From contig CBDDUX010000026.1 of the NCBI GenBank assembly GCA_965234725.1, positions 1-64,000 of the forward strand: 64,000 bases of DNA, in the 5' to 3' direction. The notes under the pieces were generated by a model. It searched no databases. It saw only the letters and a program-made list of their open reading frames with translations, and was not told where the DNA came from. Below, in pieces: positions 47,727-57,967 of this stretch (position 1 is the first letter of the stretch; each line of letters begins with the position of its first letter). The translations under genes and the position numbers were made by a program. The stretch comes from Thermoplasmatota archaeon (GTDB lineage Archaea; Thermoplasmatota; Penumbrarchaeia; Penumbrarchaeales; Penumbrarchaeaceae).

Positions 47727-49583
47727 ATGGTGGAAGCATTGGCCGTCAACGATGAAGGGGACCCAGTTTATCAGGGAATGCATTCCGATATCATTCAGTC
47801 CATGGACAAGAAGATGGACATTCTAGCCCTCGTCCCCTCGGTCGGTTCCCTGGCCAGGAGCTTCATCGGAAAGACCTTTTTAGAGGCCAGAAGGAGGAGG
47901 AAGAAACCGATATTCCTGACCTCCTCCCATGATGCATCATGGATACATTCTGCTATTATGGAAGCAAGGGGTGTGGACCGCGGGAGGGAAGGCATCGTCT
48001 CCATAGGAAAGGATGTGATGTCCTGCATGGAATTCGATTCCAGGATAGATCCGGGCGACATGATCAACCACTGCTTCAGGAAAGGGACGATCGAGACATG
48101 TCCGTTCCAGTCCGGTTTCGATCTCGATATCTACAGGGACCTCAAACGGAGCGGAGGCGCCCTTCTCCATGACATGACAGAAGAGATGAGGCAGAATGGA
48201 ATGTGTCCGGCCAGGACAGCACTGGATCTCGTTGTCGAAGCTGAGGCTGTTGTGGCCCACCCATCGTTCCTTTTCACTGAGGACTGGAAAGGTGTCATGG
48301 AACTTTTGGAAAGGGATGGAAGCGGTTGCATCCTTGTGATACATGACCCGGCCTATCTGGTAGAGTTCCTTGATAACAGGTTCTCCTACGAGTTCACATC
48401 TGATGACCTAACCAAAGATAAATGGACCATAGAAGGCCTGACCGTTGAGGAACAATCCGGTCTATATCTCCTGGTTGAGCTTCTATCGGAATTAGCTGCC
48501 AGGACAGATCCCATGAAGCAGATCGAGAGAAGCCTTCTCATACAGAATCACAGGGACAGGGCGCTGGTCAATGGAAGTGCCGGACTAGTTGCTGTTATCT
48601 CTGCTTTGAAACGCGTCCTTGAGACCGGGATCCAGGGTAGTATCTCTCGAAGGAGGAGTATTAAGGACCTCTACATGTTCCTCAAACTTTGGATGGGCCA
48701 GTATACTGGAGTGTCAAGGGCCAGGAGGGAGTCTGAGGATGGTGACAGTGTCGAGGTCTCTCTGGTGGATATTTCGTTGATGACCCAGCCTATCCTCCAG
48801 ACGTTCTCCACTGTAATACTGTTCGGAGATACGCTCTATCCCCATTCGATATACAGTTACACACTTGGTATGAGGTCCGAGAGGATCATGAACAGAACAT
48901 ATATTGACAGATCGACAATGGATGGCACCCATGTCATTTCCATAGGGAATGTTGACATCTCCTATAAGCACAGGTCAGAGGCCTCCTATGCAAGGGTGGT
49001 GGAGGGTCTCTCCAGAATATGTGAGACCACTCCGGGACTCAAGATCGCCGTCTTCCCCTCATATTACATCCTGGAGCAGGTAATGGGATCCATGGCTGAG
49101 AACGTCTTTGGCTACCCGGTGATAGATGAGACTAGGGGGATGTCAAAGGAAGCAAGGGGACATCTGCTTACAGAGGTAAAGACCGGTGGGGACATACTTG
49201 CACTTACTGTTCAGGGAAGCTTCCTTGTGAGGTCCGTGGAGGATGGTTCCATCAGTCCTGATGCAGTGATATTGGTAGGGCTCCACATACCTCCTCCCGA
49301 TGCTGGATCCACACAGAAGAAGGTTCACCTCCAGAAGAAGTACACACCCAATATCGGGCACATCATTACTGTCTTGATGCCTGCGATAACAAAGGTCTTG
49401 AGGATGGTCAATACCATGATGTCCTCGGACATGGACCGAAGGAACATGGTGATCCTGATGGACCGTAGATATCAGGACCGCAGGGTCCTTGAATGCCTTC
49501 CGAGGTTCTACGATATCAAGCTCCTTTCTTCTCCAGGAGAGTTCGACGGAAGCAGGATCCTTGAGGGAGGTGATGGTGGTTGA
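47727..49583 (+). CDS. XPD/Rad3/DinG-like helicase homolog with degenerate ATPase motifs
   Basis: XPD layout with four Fe-S-type cysteines (MSC, NHC, TCPF, MCP), FPSY and ILMDRRY retained. Walker A, DEAH and motif VI positions are substituted. Confidence 0.75.
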   Translation: MVEALAVNDEGDPVYQGMHSDIIQSMDKKMDILALVPSVGSLARSFIGKTFLEARRRRKKPIFLTSSHDASWIHSAIMEARGVDRGREGIVSIGKDVMSCMEFDSRIDPGDMINHCFRKGTIETCPFQSGFDLDIYRDLKRSGGALLHDMTEEMRQNGMCPARTALDLVVEAEAVVAHPSFLFTEDWKGVMELLERDGSGCILVIHDPAYLVEFLDNRFSYEFTSDDLTKDKWTIEGLTVEEQSGLYLLVELLSELAARTDPMKQIERSLLIQNHRDRALVNGSAGLVAVISALKRVLETGIQGSISRRRSIKDLYMFLKLWMGQYTGVSRARRESEDGDSVEVSLVDISLMTQPILQTFSTVILFGDTLYPHSIYSYTLGMRSERIMNRTYIDRSTMDGTHVISIGNVDISYKHRSEASYARVVEGLSRICETTPGLKIAVFPSYYILEQVMGSMAENVFGYPVIDETRGMSKEARGHLLTEVKTGGDILALTVQGSFLVRSVEDGSISPDAVILVGLHIPPPDAGSTQKKVHLQKKYTPNIGHIITVLMPAITKVLRMVNTMMSSDMDRRNMVILMDRRYQDRRVLECLPRFYDIKLLSSPGEFDGSRILEGGDGG

Positions 49584-50353
49584 GGTTCTGTGTGCTAGGT
49601 TCTTCTTCATCGGGAAACTCCACCCTTGTCACCCACAAGGACACGACCATTCTCATAGATGCTGGACTTCCTCTCCGCTATACCGTAGAAAATATAATAT
49701 CCATCACAGGAAAGGATTCTCTGGATGGCATATTCATAAGCCACGAACACTCCGACCATACAAGGAGCCTTAAACCGCTTGCTCAGAGATACGGATGTCC
49801 TGTCTTCCTTTCCCCTCCGGTATCGTGGTATATCGGTCCCGGGGAGGGTATGGACATCAGGAAGGTCAGGGACGGATGGAAGGTGGGGGTCGGACCACTG
49901 ATGATAACTCCTTTCATAGTATCCCATGATGCCATAGATCCGTACGGGTTCATCATTGAGGACGAATACGGTTCCATGGGTCTTGTAACAGACCTTGGAT
50001 GCTATGACGATAACATTTGCGACAGATTGAGGAACAGGGATGCACTCGTTGTGGAATCGAATTATGATCTGGACATGCTCGTGAACGGAAGGTATCCCCA
50101 TTACCTGAAGAAGCGGATCCAGGATGGCAAAGGCCATCTATCGAACCAACAGTGCAGGGACCTTCTCGAGAACATAGTAGGGCCGAGGACCCGTGATATT
50201 GTCCTTGCACACCTTTCCGAGGAGAACAACGATCCCCTCCTTGCAATGGAAACTTCTCTTGAGGTCCTTGAATGCATGGAGTCGCCACCTTCGCTCCATG
50301 TATCCTATCCAAAGCATCCCACATCTGTCCTCGATCTATCCCGGACACCCTGA
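49580..50353 (+). CDS. Metallo-beta-lactamase-fold hydrolase, YycJ/WalJ-like (putative nuclease)
   Basis: LGSSSSGN, LIDAG, SHEHSDH, SHDA.DP.GF, TDLG, ESNYD..ML..G.YP..LK.RI...GHLSN and LAHLSEENN; 4-bp overlap with the upstream gene. Confidence 0.9.
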   Translation: MRFCVLGSSSSGNSTLVTHKDTTILIDAGLPLRYTVENIISITGKDSLDGIFISHEHSDHTRSLKPLAQRYGCPVFLSPPVSWYIGPGEGMDIRKVRDGWKVGVGPLMITPFIVSHDAIDPYGFIIEDEYGSMGLVTDLGCYDDNICDRLRNRDALVVESNYDLDMLVNGRYPHYLKKRIQDGKGHLSNQQCRDLLENIVGPRTRDIVLAHLSEENNDPLLAMETSLEVLECMESPPSLHVSYPKHPTSVLDLSRTP

Positions 50354-50481
50354 TATCCACCGTACGATTCGATTCTGTACTAATCAGTTTATATATTCTT
50401 ATAAGAGTAAGTTATCCCATAGACAGAAGGCAGAAGCGGTATGATCAATGAAAAAATTTACAGATCACCGCATCTGGCAAT

Positions 50482-53379
50482 TTGGAGGCATATCATATGT
50501 ACCCCTCAACGGCTCCTAGAAGGACCGGAAACATGGAACCGCCCGGAAGAAGATATCAACATAGCAGTAACGGACCGCAGTATGCACGGACAGGTCCCGG
50601 ACCAGAGCGATCAAGACCAGCCCATTCGGGATATGACACAAGAGGCCATCGAAGGTATAGGGCCGTTGAAGAGGCTGCTCCGGATGGGGAGATCTCAAGA
50701 TGGGCAGGCGAGAACAGGGGTCTGCTGACGGCAGTTCTGGTGATCTCCATCTCATTCATCATGGTCCTGGCTGGTCTGATGGTATGGGCGAACAATGATG
50801 ATAATGGTCCTTCAGGACCGACCTATTCGATAACCGAGTTCAGGGGCGGATCCTCCGAGGTCCTGGTAAATGCGACCTTTCTGGGGAATGATGCCTTCAT
50901 CACCGTACCCTGGAATGCTACTGTGACGGATGCTTCCCTTAGGATATCGGGTGCCCTTCCACCTGAGAGAAGAACATTTGAGGCCGGAAAGAACCCCATC
51001 GATCTGGATGTGGGTGATATCGATCTCGACCTAAGGGCAGATGCCGTTGTATTGAACTACGGGGATTCCACACTTATGGTCATGCGCAACCTGGGAGATG
51101 GCAGATTCCAGAGAGGAAGGACGATCCAGGTAGGAAACGCTCCGATCAGGGTCGAGCTGACATATCTGAACAATGATGCCTACCTGGATGCGGTGGTCCT
51201 TTCCGAGGATTCCCGGGATATGAGGGTCCTGATAAACGATCAGGTCGGAGGATTCATGAACAGGGGAGACCCGTTCCTTCTTCCAACCCTTCCATCGGAT
51301 ATCGGTGTCATAGACCTTGAGGGAGACGGTGATAACGATATAATTGTGTCAACTGTGAAAGACAACAATGTGACAATGTACATTAATGATGGCAATGGCA
51401 TTCTAACCCAGGGTTCCAAGCTCCTTACCGAAGGGAACCCAACTCGCCTGGGGATATCCGATATGGATGGGGACGGCCTTTCAGATATCGTCGTTTCAAA
51501 CCGCAGGGACCTGGATGAGAATCTGACACCCAGGGACAAGGAAAAGAAACCTGTCAATTGGTTCAACTCCATATCGGTCTTCAAGAACATGGGTGATCTC
51601 ACTTTCACGAAGTTGGTTGATGATATAAGGTCTGAAAAAGGAGTAAGCTCAATTGCATTGGGGGATTTAAACGGAGACGGGTCGGATGATATTGCGATGT
51701 CCAACCTGGGATATCATAATATTTCCTATGTTCTCAGCGATGGAAAGGGTGATTTCATCAGAGGTGACCCGTGGGAGCTTGACGTTGTCGAGCTCAGGTC
51801 CATGGACCCGATAGAGATGAAGCTTGAAGACCTGGATTCCGATGGTGATCTGGACCTTTGGGCACTTACCAAATCGGCTGATTCGGTCCTCTTCTATTGC
51901 AACATTGGGAATGGGGAGTTCCTTCCCTACTCCCAGATATTCGTTGGTGTTAACCCCACATCCTTCGAGATGATAGACATGGATGCCGATGGGGACAAGG
52001 ATATCATGACCTCGGACTGGAGAGGCTGGGATATGTTGTACAATGGCAATTCCACGATCTCTGTCATAGAGAACATGAGAGATGGGGTCTTCAAGACATA
52101 CAGACAGTACACCACAGGTAACAGTCCCAGGGGCGTATTTGCCAGGGACATCGACATGGACGGTGATCCTGATATTGCATCTGCCAACTACTTCGGGTCC
52201 ACCGTTTCGATCTTGGAGAACGATGGTCTTGGGAGATTTTCCGAGGACAGGGAATACCCCATAGGTTTGGAACCCTACGCGGTAGTGCTTGAAGATTTCG
52301 ACGGTGACGGTCTGGTTGACGGGGCATCTGCTGATGAGGCAAATTTCAGGATAGTACTCCTTAAGTCCAATGGTGATGGTGGTTTCACCACTGACAGGTA
52401 CCTCTATGATATCGGAGCATACCCGTTTTCACTGAGGACAGGGGATATTGATGACGACGGGGATATGGACCTCTTCACTTCCAACTATTTCCAGAATTCC
52501 ACCACTCTCCTGTTCAATGATGGTTCCGGTGATTTCCAGACCATGTTCAAGAACACCAAGACCATATTCCTCGGGGACAAAATGCCCTATGATTCCATAA
52601 TGGAGGACCTGGATGGTGACGGTCTCAAGGACCTGATAACTGTCAACAGAGGTGATTCCCTCGATCCAACGGATACCATTAGCGTTATGCTGAACGATGG
52701 TTCATTCACCTTCGATGTGATGAACGAATACAAGGTGGGAAAGGAGCCCACCTCGGCTGTTGTGATGGACCTTGACATGGACGGTGATCTGGACATAGGG
52801 ACGGCTGATACAATGGGAGATAGTTTCACGGTCCTACGGAATAACGGGGATGGAGTTTTCGAAGCTTGGGAATCACACCCTGTTGCCGATAGGCCGCAGT
52901 ACATCAATTCATTCGATTTCGATGGTGACGGTTGGCCAGACATCCTTGTCAGCTCATCGGATTCGAATTCTCTGTCCTTCTTCAGGAACGAGGAGGGTGC
53001 AGGTTTCACATGGTTCACCGATCAGAACATAGGGGCCTATCCTTATGCCATAGAGATGGCGGATTTCAATTCTGATGGGAGAATGGATATGGTATTGACC
53101 TCCGTCAACACCAACTCGGTCATTGTTACCGGATGCTACTACTATCCACATGGTCTAATGATCAACATTGGAAAGGATTCCTCGATAGAGGTCCAACATG
53201 ATGGAATGCTTTCGCCGGATGTTGTTCTTCAACTGGAAATGAAGAATGAGCTGAACAGATATATCAAGGCTAACAGGGTGGAGGGAGAGGACCTTAACAT
53301 TCCTTTGAGCATAATATGCCAGCAGGAAGGTATTGTCAGGTTGTCAAACCTGCTCGTGGTCTACTCCCTTGATGGTTGA
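50482..53379 (+). CDS. Type II membrane-anchored FG-GAP/VCBS repeat protein (probably two beta-propellers)
   Basis: Polar N-terminus; single TM LLTAVLVISISFIMVLAGLMVW; about 14 D.D.DG..D...N repeats each followed by N.G.G.F; start codon uncertain. Confidence 0.85.
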   Translation: MEAYHMYPSTAPRRTGNMEPPGRRYQHSSNGPQYARTGPGPERSRPAHSGYDTRGHRRYRAVEEAAPDGEISRWAGENRGLLTAVLVISISFIMVLAGLMVWANNDDNGPSGPTYSITEFRGGSSEVLVNATFLGNDAFITVPWNATVTDASLRISGALPPERRTFEAGKNPIDLDVGDIDLDLRADAVVLNYGDSTLMVMRNLGDGRFQRGRTIQVGNAPIRVELTYLNNDAYLDAVVLSEDSRDMRVLINDQVGGFMNRGDPFLLPTLPSDIGVIDLEGDGDNDIIVSTVKDNNVTMYINDGNGILTQGSKLLTEGNPTRLGISDMDGDGLSDIVVSNRRDLDENLTPRDKEKKPVNWFNSISVFKNMGDLTFTKLVDDIRSEKGVSSIALGDLNGDGSDDIAMSNLGYHNISYVLSDGKGDFIRGDPWELDVVELRSMDPIEMKLEDLDSDGDLDLWALTKSADSVLFYCNIGNGEFLPYSQIFVGVNPTSFEMIDMDADGDKDIMTSDWRGWDMLYNGNSTISVIENMRDGVFKTYRQYTTGNSPRGVFARDIDMDGDPDIASANYFGSTVSILENDGLGRFSEDREYPIGLEPYAVVLEDFDGDGLVDGASADEANFRIVLLKSNGDGGFTTDRYLYDIGAYPFSLRTGDIDDDGDMDLFTSNYFQNSTTLLFNDGSGDFQTMFKNTKTIFLGDKMPYDSIMEDLDGDGLKDLITVNRGDSLDPTDTISVMLNDGSFTFDVMNEYKVGKEPTSAVVMDLDMDGDLDIGTADTMGDSFTVLRNNGDGVFEAWESHPVADRPQYINSFDFDGDGWPDILVSSSDSNSLSFFRNEEGAGFTWFTDQNIGAYPYAIEMADFNSDGRMDMVLTSVNTNSVIVTGCYYYPHGLMINIGKDSSIEVQHDGMLSPDVVLQLEMKNELNRYIKANRVEGEDLNIPLSIICQQEGIVRLSNLLVVYSLDG

Positions 53380-53394
53380 TCGGAACAGTTTATA

Positions 53395-55404
53395 TCATGC
53401 CAACCTGAAATGCTCTCCACAGAAGGGACATTCCCCCTTCTGTGCGACCTTTTCAGTAAGGTTCCTGTTGCATCCGGGACAGAGGTAGATGGTGACCTCT
53501 TTCTCCCCTGTGCTGAACATCTCTCCGCAGTGAGGACAGACGGACGATCCAAGTTCCTCTTCTGAGAGTATCCCGCTGCAGTGCGGGCAGTGATATTCAA
53601 CGGATCCTTCATCTTCCATTCTTGAGAGTCTTTTTTTCTCCTCTTCCAGTTCATCCTTCATCTTCTTGAGGTTCTCCTGGGCCTTCTTGATCGATGCAGA
53701 CCTCTGATCCAGGTCCTTTCTCTCTGACCCAAGCCCATCCTTTGTGGAATCGAGTTCGTTCTTGTATACATCGAGGTCTCTTCTATTTGCTTCAAGCTCT
53801 AGCCTGATGTTCGAGATCTCCTTCCTTTCATCCTCAAGCTTGGACCTATCGTCTTCCAGCTTCAACAATTCAGCGGAGGATTCCTCGATCTCCTTTCTGG
53901 CTGCAGCGATCTCCTCCTGTTCTACCGTGAGGTTCTGTTGGAACTGTTTCAGGGATTCACCGTACTGTTTCCACTTATCGGCATCCAGTTTCAACTGTTC
54001 TTCCCAGGTTTTTAACTCTACCTCTTTGCTTTCAAGTGACTTCTCCATGTCTGTCGGGTCCTTGGCTTGTTCGATGGTTCCAGGAGTAGCTTCCAGTTTC
54101 GCTTTAAGGCTCACGTTCTCCTCCTGAAGCTTGACGATCATGGCCTCAAGGTTCTCGGAATTGTGCCTTACTTTGCGGAGCTCTTCTTCCAGGAGGCTTG
54201 ATCTGACCAGCTCTTCCTGCTTATCGTCTTCATTTTCGGTCTTTGCGGAATTTTCCAGCTCCTTTTTAGCCGCTTCGAACTCCTGTTGGACCTTGTTGAA
54301 CTCTTCTTGTTCCTTGGTCAGGTCCTGCTGGTACTGTTTGAGGGACTCTCCATACTGTCTCCATTTTTCTGCACTTTCCTCGATCTGGGCCTCCCTCTGG
54401 GTAAGTTCCATCTCACGCTCTTCAAGGGCGGCGGTGTCAACCTTTTCCTCCTCACCACCGGTTTCCTGGGCTTGTTTCAACTGTGAGTTCTGCTCCTGAA
54501 GTTTCATCACAGCCTCCTGGAGCTTCTCAAGGGTGGCATCCTTCTTGTTGATCTCCTCTCTGAGTGACTCGATCTCTATTGATGTGGATGATCCAGGTGG
54601 AACAGATGAGGATCCCTTTTCATCGAACTCACTTCTTTGTCTTTCGAATTCTTCTTTTACCCTGTTGAACTCTTCTTGCTGTTGGGTGAGGTCCTGATGA
54701 TAGTTTTTGAGGGTCTCACCGTATTCCTTCCATCTTGTGGCCTTTTCCTCAAGCTCGGCCTCTCTGGAAGCCAGGACGGATGCCATCTCTCTGAGTGATG
54801 CATCTTCTTCATTGCTTTCCTTGGGGTTTTCCTTTTCTTTCAACTCCCTGTTCAGTTCCTGGAGCTTTACAACTGCTTCCTGGAGTTTGATGACTGTTGC
54901 CTTTGATCCCTCAAGCTCCTCCCTCAGAGCATCTATCTCTCCGCTATCCACAGAATTATCCTTCACACCTTCTGTCCCACTTTCTGGTCCCAGGGTCTTG
55001 GACCTTTCATATTCTTCTCTTTCCTTGTTGAACTCTTCCTGCTGTTGGGTGAGGTCCTGATGATAGTTCTTGAGGGTCTCACCGTATTCCTTCCATTTCT
55101 CAGCGTTTGTTTCGACCTCTCTCTCCTTTCCCAGAAGCTCCTCCTCTCTTGAGGCCAGCTCCTTGGAAGCGGTCTGATACTGGTCTCCTGTTTCCTTGAG
55201 TTTCAGATTGTATTCCTCAAGTTCCTTCCGATAGTTCTCGAGGTCGACCCTCGCCTTCTCGATCTCCTTTTCCCTCTCGGAAAGGGATGACTTCATCTCA
55301 TTGATCTCCAGTAGTCTCTCCCGCAATTTCGCCTTCATCGGATCAATGTCCGCGGCTTTATCGGTCGTTTTCTCATCATTACTGCTGGCATTTGCCTCGG
55401 GCAT
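53395..55404 (-). CDS. Repeat coiled-coil protein with C-terminal double zinc ribbon
   Basis: Four ~121-130-aa units containing W(K/R)(E/Q)YGE(T/S)LK; C-terminal CPHC..CPHC and CPGC..CPFC. ATG 55404 follows GGAGTGA. Confidence 0.85.
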   Translation of the reverse strand: MPEANASSNDEKTTDKAADIDPMKAKLRERLLEINEMKSSLSEREKEIEKARVDLENYRKELEEYNLKLKETGDQYQTASKELASREEELLGKEREVETNAEKWKEYGETLKNYHQDLTQQQEEFNKEREEYERSKTLGPESGTEGVKDNSVDSGEIDALREELEGSKATVIKLQEAVVKLQELNRELKEKENPKESNEEDASLREMASVLASREAELEEKATRWKEYGETLKNYHQDLTQQQEEFNRVKEEFERQRSEFDEKGSSSVPPGSSTSIEIESLREEINKKDATLEKLQEAVMKLQEQNSQLKQAQETGGEEEKVDTAALEEREMELTQREAQIEESAEKWRQYGESLKQYQQDLTKEQEEFNKVQQEFEAAKKELENSAKTENEDDKQEELVRSSLLEEELRKVRHNSENLEAMIVKLQEENVSLKAKLEATPGTIEQAKDPTDMEKSLESKEVELKTWEEQLKLDADKWKQYGESLKQFQQNLTVEQEEIAAARKEIEESSAELLKLEDDRSKLEDERKEISNIRLELEANRRDLDVYKNELDSTKDGLGSERKDLDQRSASIKKAQENLKKMKDELEEEKKRLSRMEDEGSVEYHCPHCSGILSEEELGSSVCPHCGEMFSTGEKEVTIYLCPGCNRNLTEKVAQKGECPFCGEHFRLA
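54664..55096. repeat. Near-identical ~70-bp intragenic repeat pair (54664-54733 and 55027-55096)
   Basis: Both copies encode WKEYGETLKNYHQDLTQQQEEFN. I count 2 nucleotide differences; offset 363 bp. Confidence 0.9.
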
Positions 55405-55475
55405 ATGATTCACTCCATTCCTTAAATTGACCAAGCCTCACTGTGCAAGGTCCTATATCTTTTTCACTTCATTTT

Positions 55476-57755
55476 CTAGGTCCCTTCCTTTTGGGAGGGT
55501 CCATCGTCAAGATCTCCATTGGAAGTTATCTCCTTTGGATCTGAATGTTTTTTCATTGTTACCTTGAATTCCTTTAATTTCTTCTGGATGCGCTCCCATT
55601 TCTCCTTGAGTGAGGCTTCTCTTTCATTCAATGAGGCCTCTTTACCCTGCAGGGAACTTTCCCAGCTCTCAAGGAAACCCTTCTGACCATCCAGCTGTTC
55701 CTTTCTACCTTCAATTTCAATATTTGAGGCCTCAAGGAGCTTCTTGTATTCCTCGAGTCTTTTGGAATAATCCTCCCAATCCTTCTTGACCTTTTCAAGC
55801 TCAGCGGCTTTTTCAACAATCTTGTTCTCTTTAAGAACAAGTTCCTCCTTGAAGGTATCCGATTCCTGTTTTTCAGAGGCTAAATTTGCCCTGGTCGAAT
55901 CAAGTTTGGAACTTTGCTCAGCTAAGTCCTTCTCAGCTGATGCGATCTCTTTCTCCCTTTTGTCAAGGTTCTCTTCTTTGGGCCTGATGACATTTTCCCT
56001 CTCCTCCAGTTCCCTTCCCTTCTCCTCCAGTTCCCCTGATCTCTCCTCTGCCTTTTCCTTTATTGATGTCAATTCAGTGGAAAGTTTTTCCAAAGATGAG
56101 GTCTGCTCATTGAGCTCGATCTCCTTTTTTTCCGCATTCTCTTCTCTTTTCTTCATAACAAGGTCCAAACGGTCCAATTCTTTTTTCCGCTTGGAAAGAT
56201 CCTTTTCTCTCTCGGATATTCCATTTTCCCTCTCATCAAGTTCTGCAGAATGGTCCACAAGTGACCTTTCGGTCTCCTCGATCTCCTGGGTCCTTTTTTC
56301 AAGGTCCTCCTCTTTTTCTTTAATGATCACCAAATTATCTCTGATACTGGACCGATCCTCTTCGAGTTTCTCTTCGATTTCCTTGATACGTTGTTCCTTC
56401 TCTGAGAATTTAACCACCCTTTTTCCAAGGTCCGCTTCCGCAGCAGCGAGATCGTTCACATTCTGCTTCTGTTTCTCATCTCTCAAATCAAGTTCGTTTG
56501 AACGGTTCTGTAATGAATCCTCTCTATTCTTGATATCATTTTGAAGTGCCTTCAACTCTTCTTCCTTTTTCTCAAGGGAAGAAAAGATCTCATCCAATTC
56601 CCTGGACCTTGTATCAAGGGCTGCGCTTCGGGAATCTACATCCTCCAGCTTCTTCCTCCATTCTCTCCTCTCTGCCACTATGTGCTCTTTTTCGATCCTT
56701 GCTGAACCGATCAATGAATCGAGTTCCTCTTCCTTTCCCTTGAGGACCGATGTCAATTCCTCATTCTGTTCGAGGTTCTTCTTCGAGATGTTGAGTTCTA
56801 TTTCCTTTTCGTTCAGGGATGCCTGTCTTTCATTCAGATCATTCTCCCTCTCATCCAGGTTCCTGAACCGATCGAGTATGTCCTTTGATCCCTCTCTTTT
56901 CCTTTCGAGTTCCTCTGAATCATGGGAGATCTCAAGAGCCTTTTCCTCAAGTTCTCCTCTGTATCTCTCAAGTTCCTCTCTGAACTTGAGATTTGATTCC
57001 CTGTCCTCTTCCATCTCTTTTTTAAGAGTGTTGACCTTTTCTCTCTCTTCATCCATTTCGGCGTTGAGCCTCCGGATCTCATCTTCCTTTTCCTCCAGAA
57101 GGTCCGCGGCCTGGTGATCGTTCATGGAAGTCCCAGAGACCATTTTCAGTTCTTTGGAAAGCTCCTGGTTCTTGGTATTGAGGTCGGAGATTATCTCTGC
57201 CTGGTTTTCGATCCTCAGTTTTAGTTCGTTCAATTCCTTGATATGCCTCTGGTGGATCTCCTCTGAGCCATCTGTTTTGCTGGTTGAAGTTGCTTCCCTT
57301 GCTTCCTTGAGGTCACTCTGGAGCTCTATCATCTTCTTTTTAAGGTTCTCGTTTTCTTCCATCAATTTATTAAATGAGGCAGGGTCGACCTCCATTTCCT
57401 TGATCTGGTTCTGTTTCTTTATGATCGATCGAAGCTGTCTGTTTATTGATCCATAGATCTTGATCTCCTCATCCCTGTCCTTCCCATCATTTAGCTCTTT
57501 CAGGTCTTCTTCCTTGGATCGAAGGTCTTGAGATATGGCATCAAGTAGTGCAAGTGTCTCTTTGTCATCAGAACCTTTCTCAACGGAACGCTTCCTTGCA
57601 TCCCCTTCCAATACGCTGGAATCAGGCATGACAGTGAATATACCCTGGCATTTCATGCAGCTATATGCCTTGGGACCCGTGGATACTTCTGCCCAGAGCT
57701 TTGACTTGCAGAAGGGGCAGGTGAAGATCTTTCTGTTCGAACCTTTAATATCCAA
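55476..57755 (-). CDS. Long coiled-coil protein with N-terminal zinc ribbon
   Basis: CPFC...CMKC followed by several hundred residues of E/K/R/L heptads; TTG start after GGTGATGTGA. Confidence 0.85.
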   Translation of the reverse strand: MDIKGSNRKIFTCPFCKSKLWAEVSTGPKAYSCMKCQGIFTVMPDSSVLEGDARKRSVEKGSDDKETLALLDAISQDLRSKEEDLKELNDGKDRDEEIKIYGSINRQLRSIIKKQNQIKEMEVDPASFNKLMEENENLKKKMIELQSDLKEAREATSTSKTDGSEEIHQRHIKELNELKLRIENQAEIISDLNTKNQELSKELKMVSGTSMNDHQAADLLEEKEDEIRRLNAEMDEEREKVNTLKKEMEEDRESNLKFREELERYRGELEEKALEISHDSEELERKREGSKDILDRFRNLDERENDLNERQASLNEKEIELNISKKNLEQNEELTSVLKGKEEELDSLIGSARIEKEHIVAERREWRKKLEDVDSRSAALDTRSRELDEIFSSLEKKEEELKALQNDIKNREDSLQNRSNELDLRDEKQKQNVNDLAAAEADLGKRVVKFSEKEQRIKEIEEKLEEDRSSIRDNLVIIKEKEEDLEKRTQEIEETERSLVDHSAELDERENGISEREKDLSKRKKELDRLDLVMKKREENAEKKEIELNEQTSSLEKLSTELTSIKEKAEERSGELEEKGRELEERENVIRPKEENLDKREKEIASAEKDLAEQSSKLDSTRANLASEKQESDTFKEELVLKENKIVEKAAELEKVKKDWEDYSKRLEEYKKLLEASNIEIEGRKEQLDGQKGFLESWESSLQGKEASLNEREASLKEKWERIQKKLKEFKVTMKKHSDPKEITSNGDLDDGPSQKEGT

Positions 57756-57967
57756 TCACATCACCACACGAACATAATGATCCAGGGACCTTTCCCCCAT
57801 ATGTAGGATATATTTTAATACGTTTTGTTGGATAATGCCAAATTCGATCGAACATCCATTGATTTATTGAATTAGAAGGTGACGATGATCGATGGATCGA
57901 TCGTTCCTTCGGATATTTTTTTCGGGCTTTTGGTGACTTGTCTGATGATATACCAGAAACTTAATGA

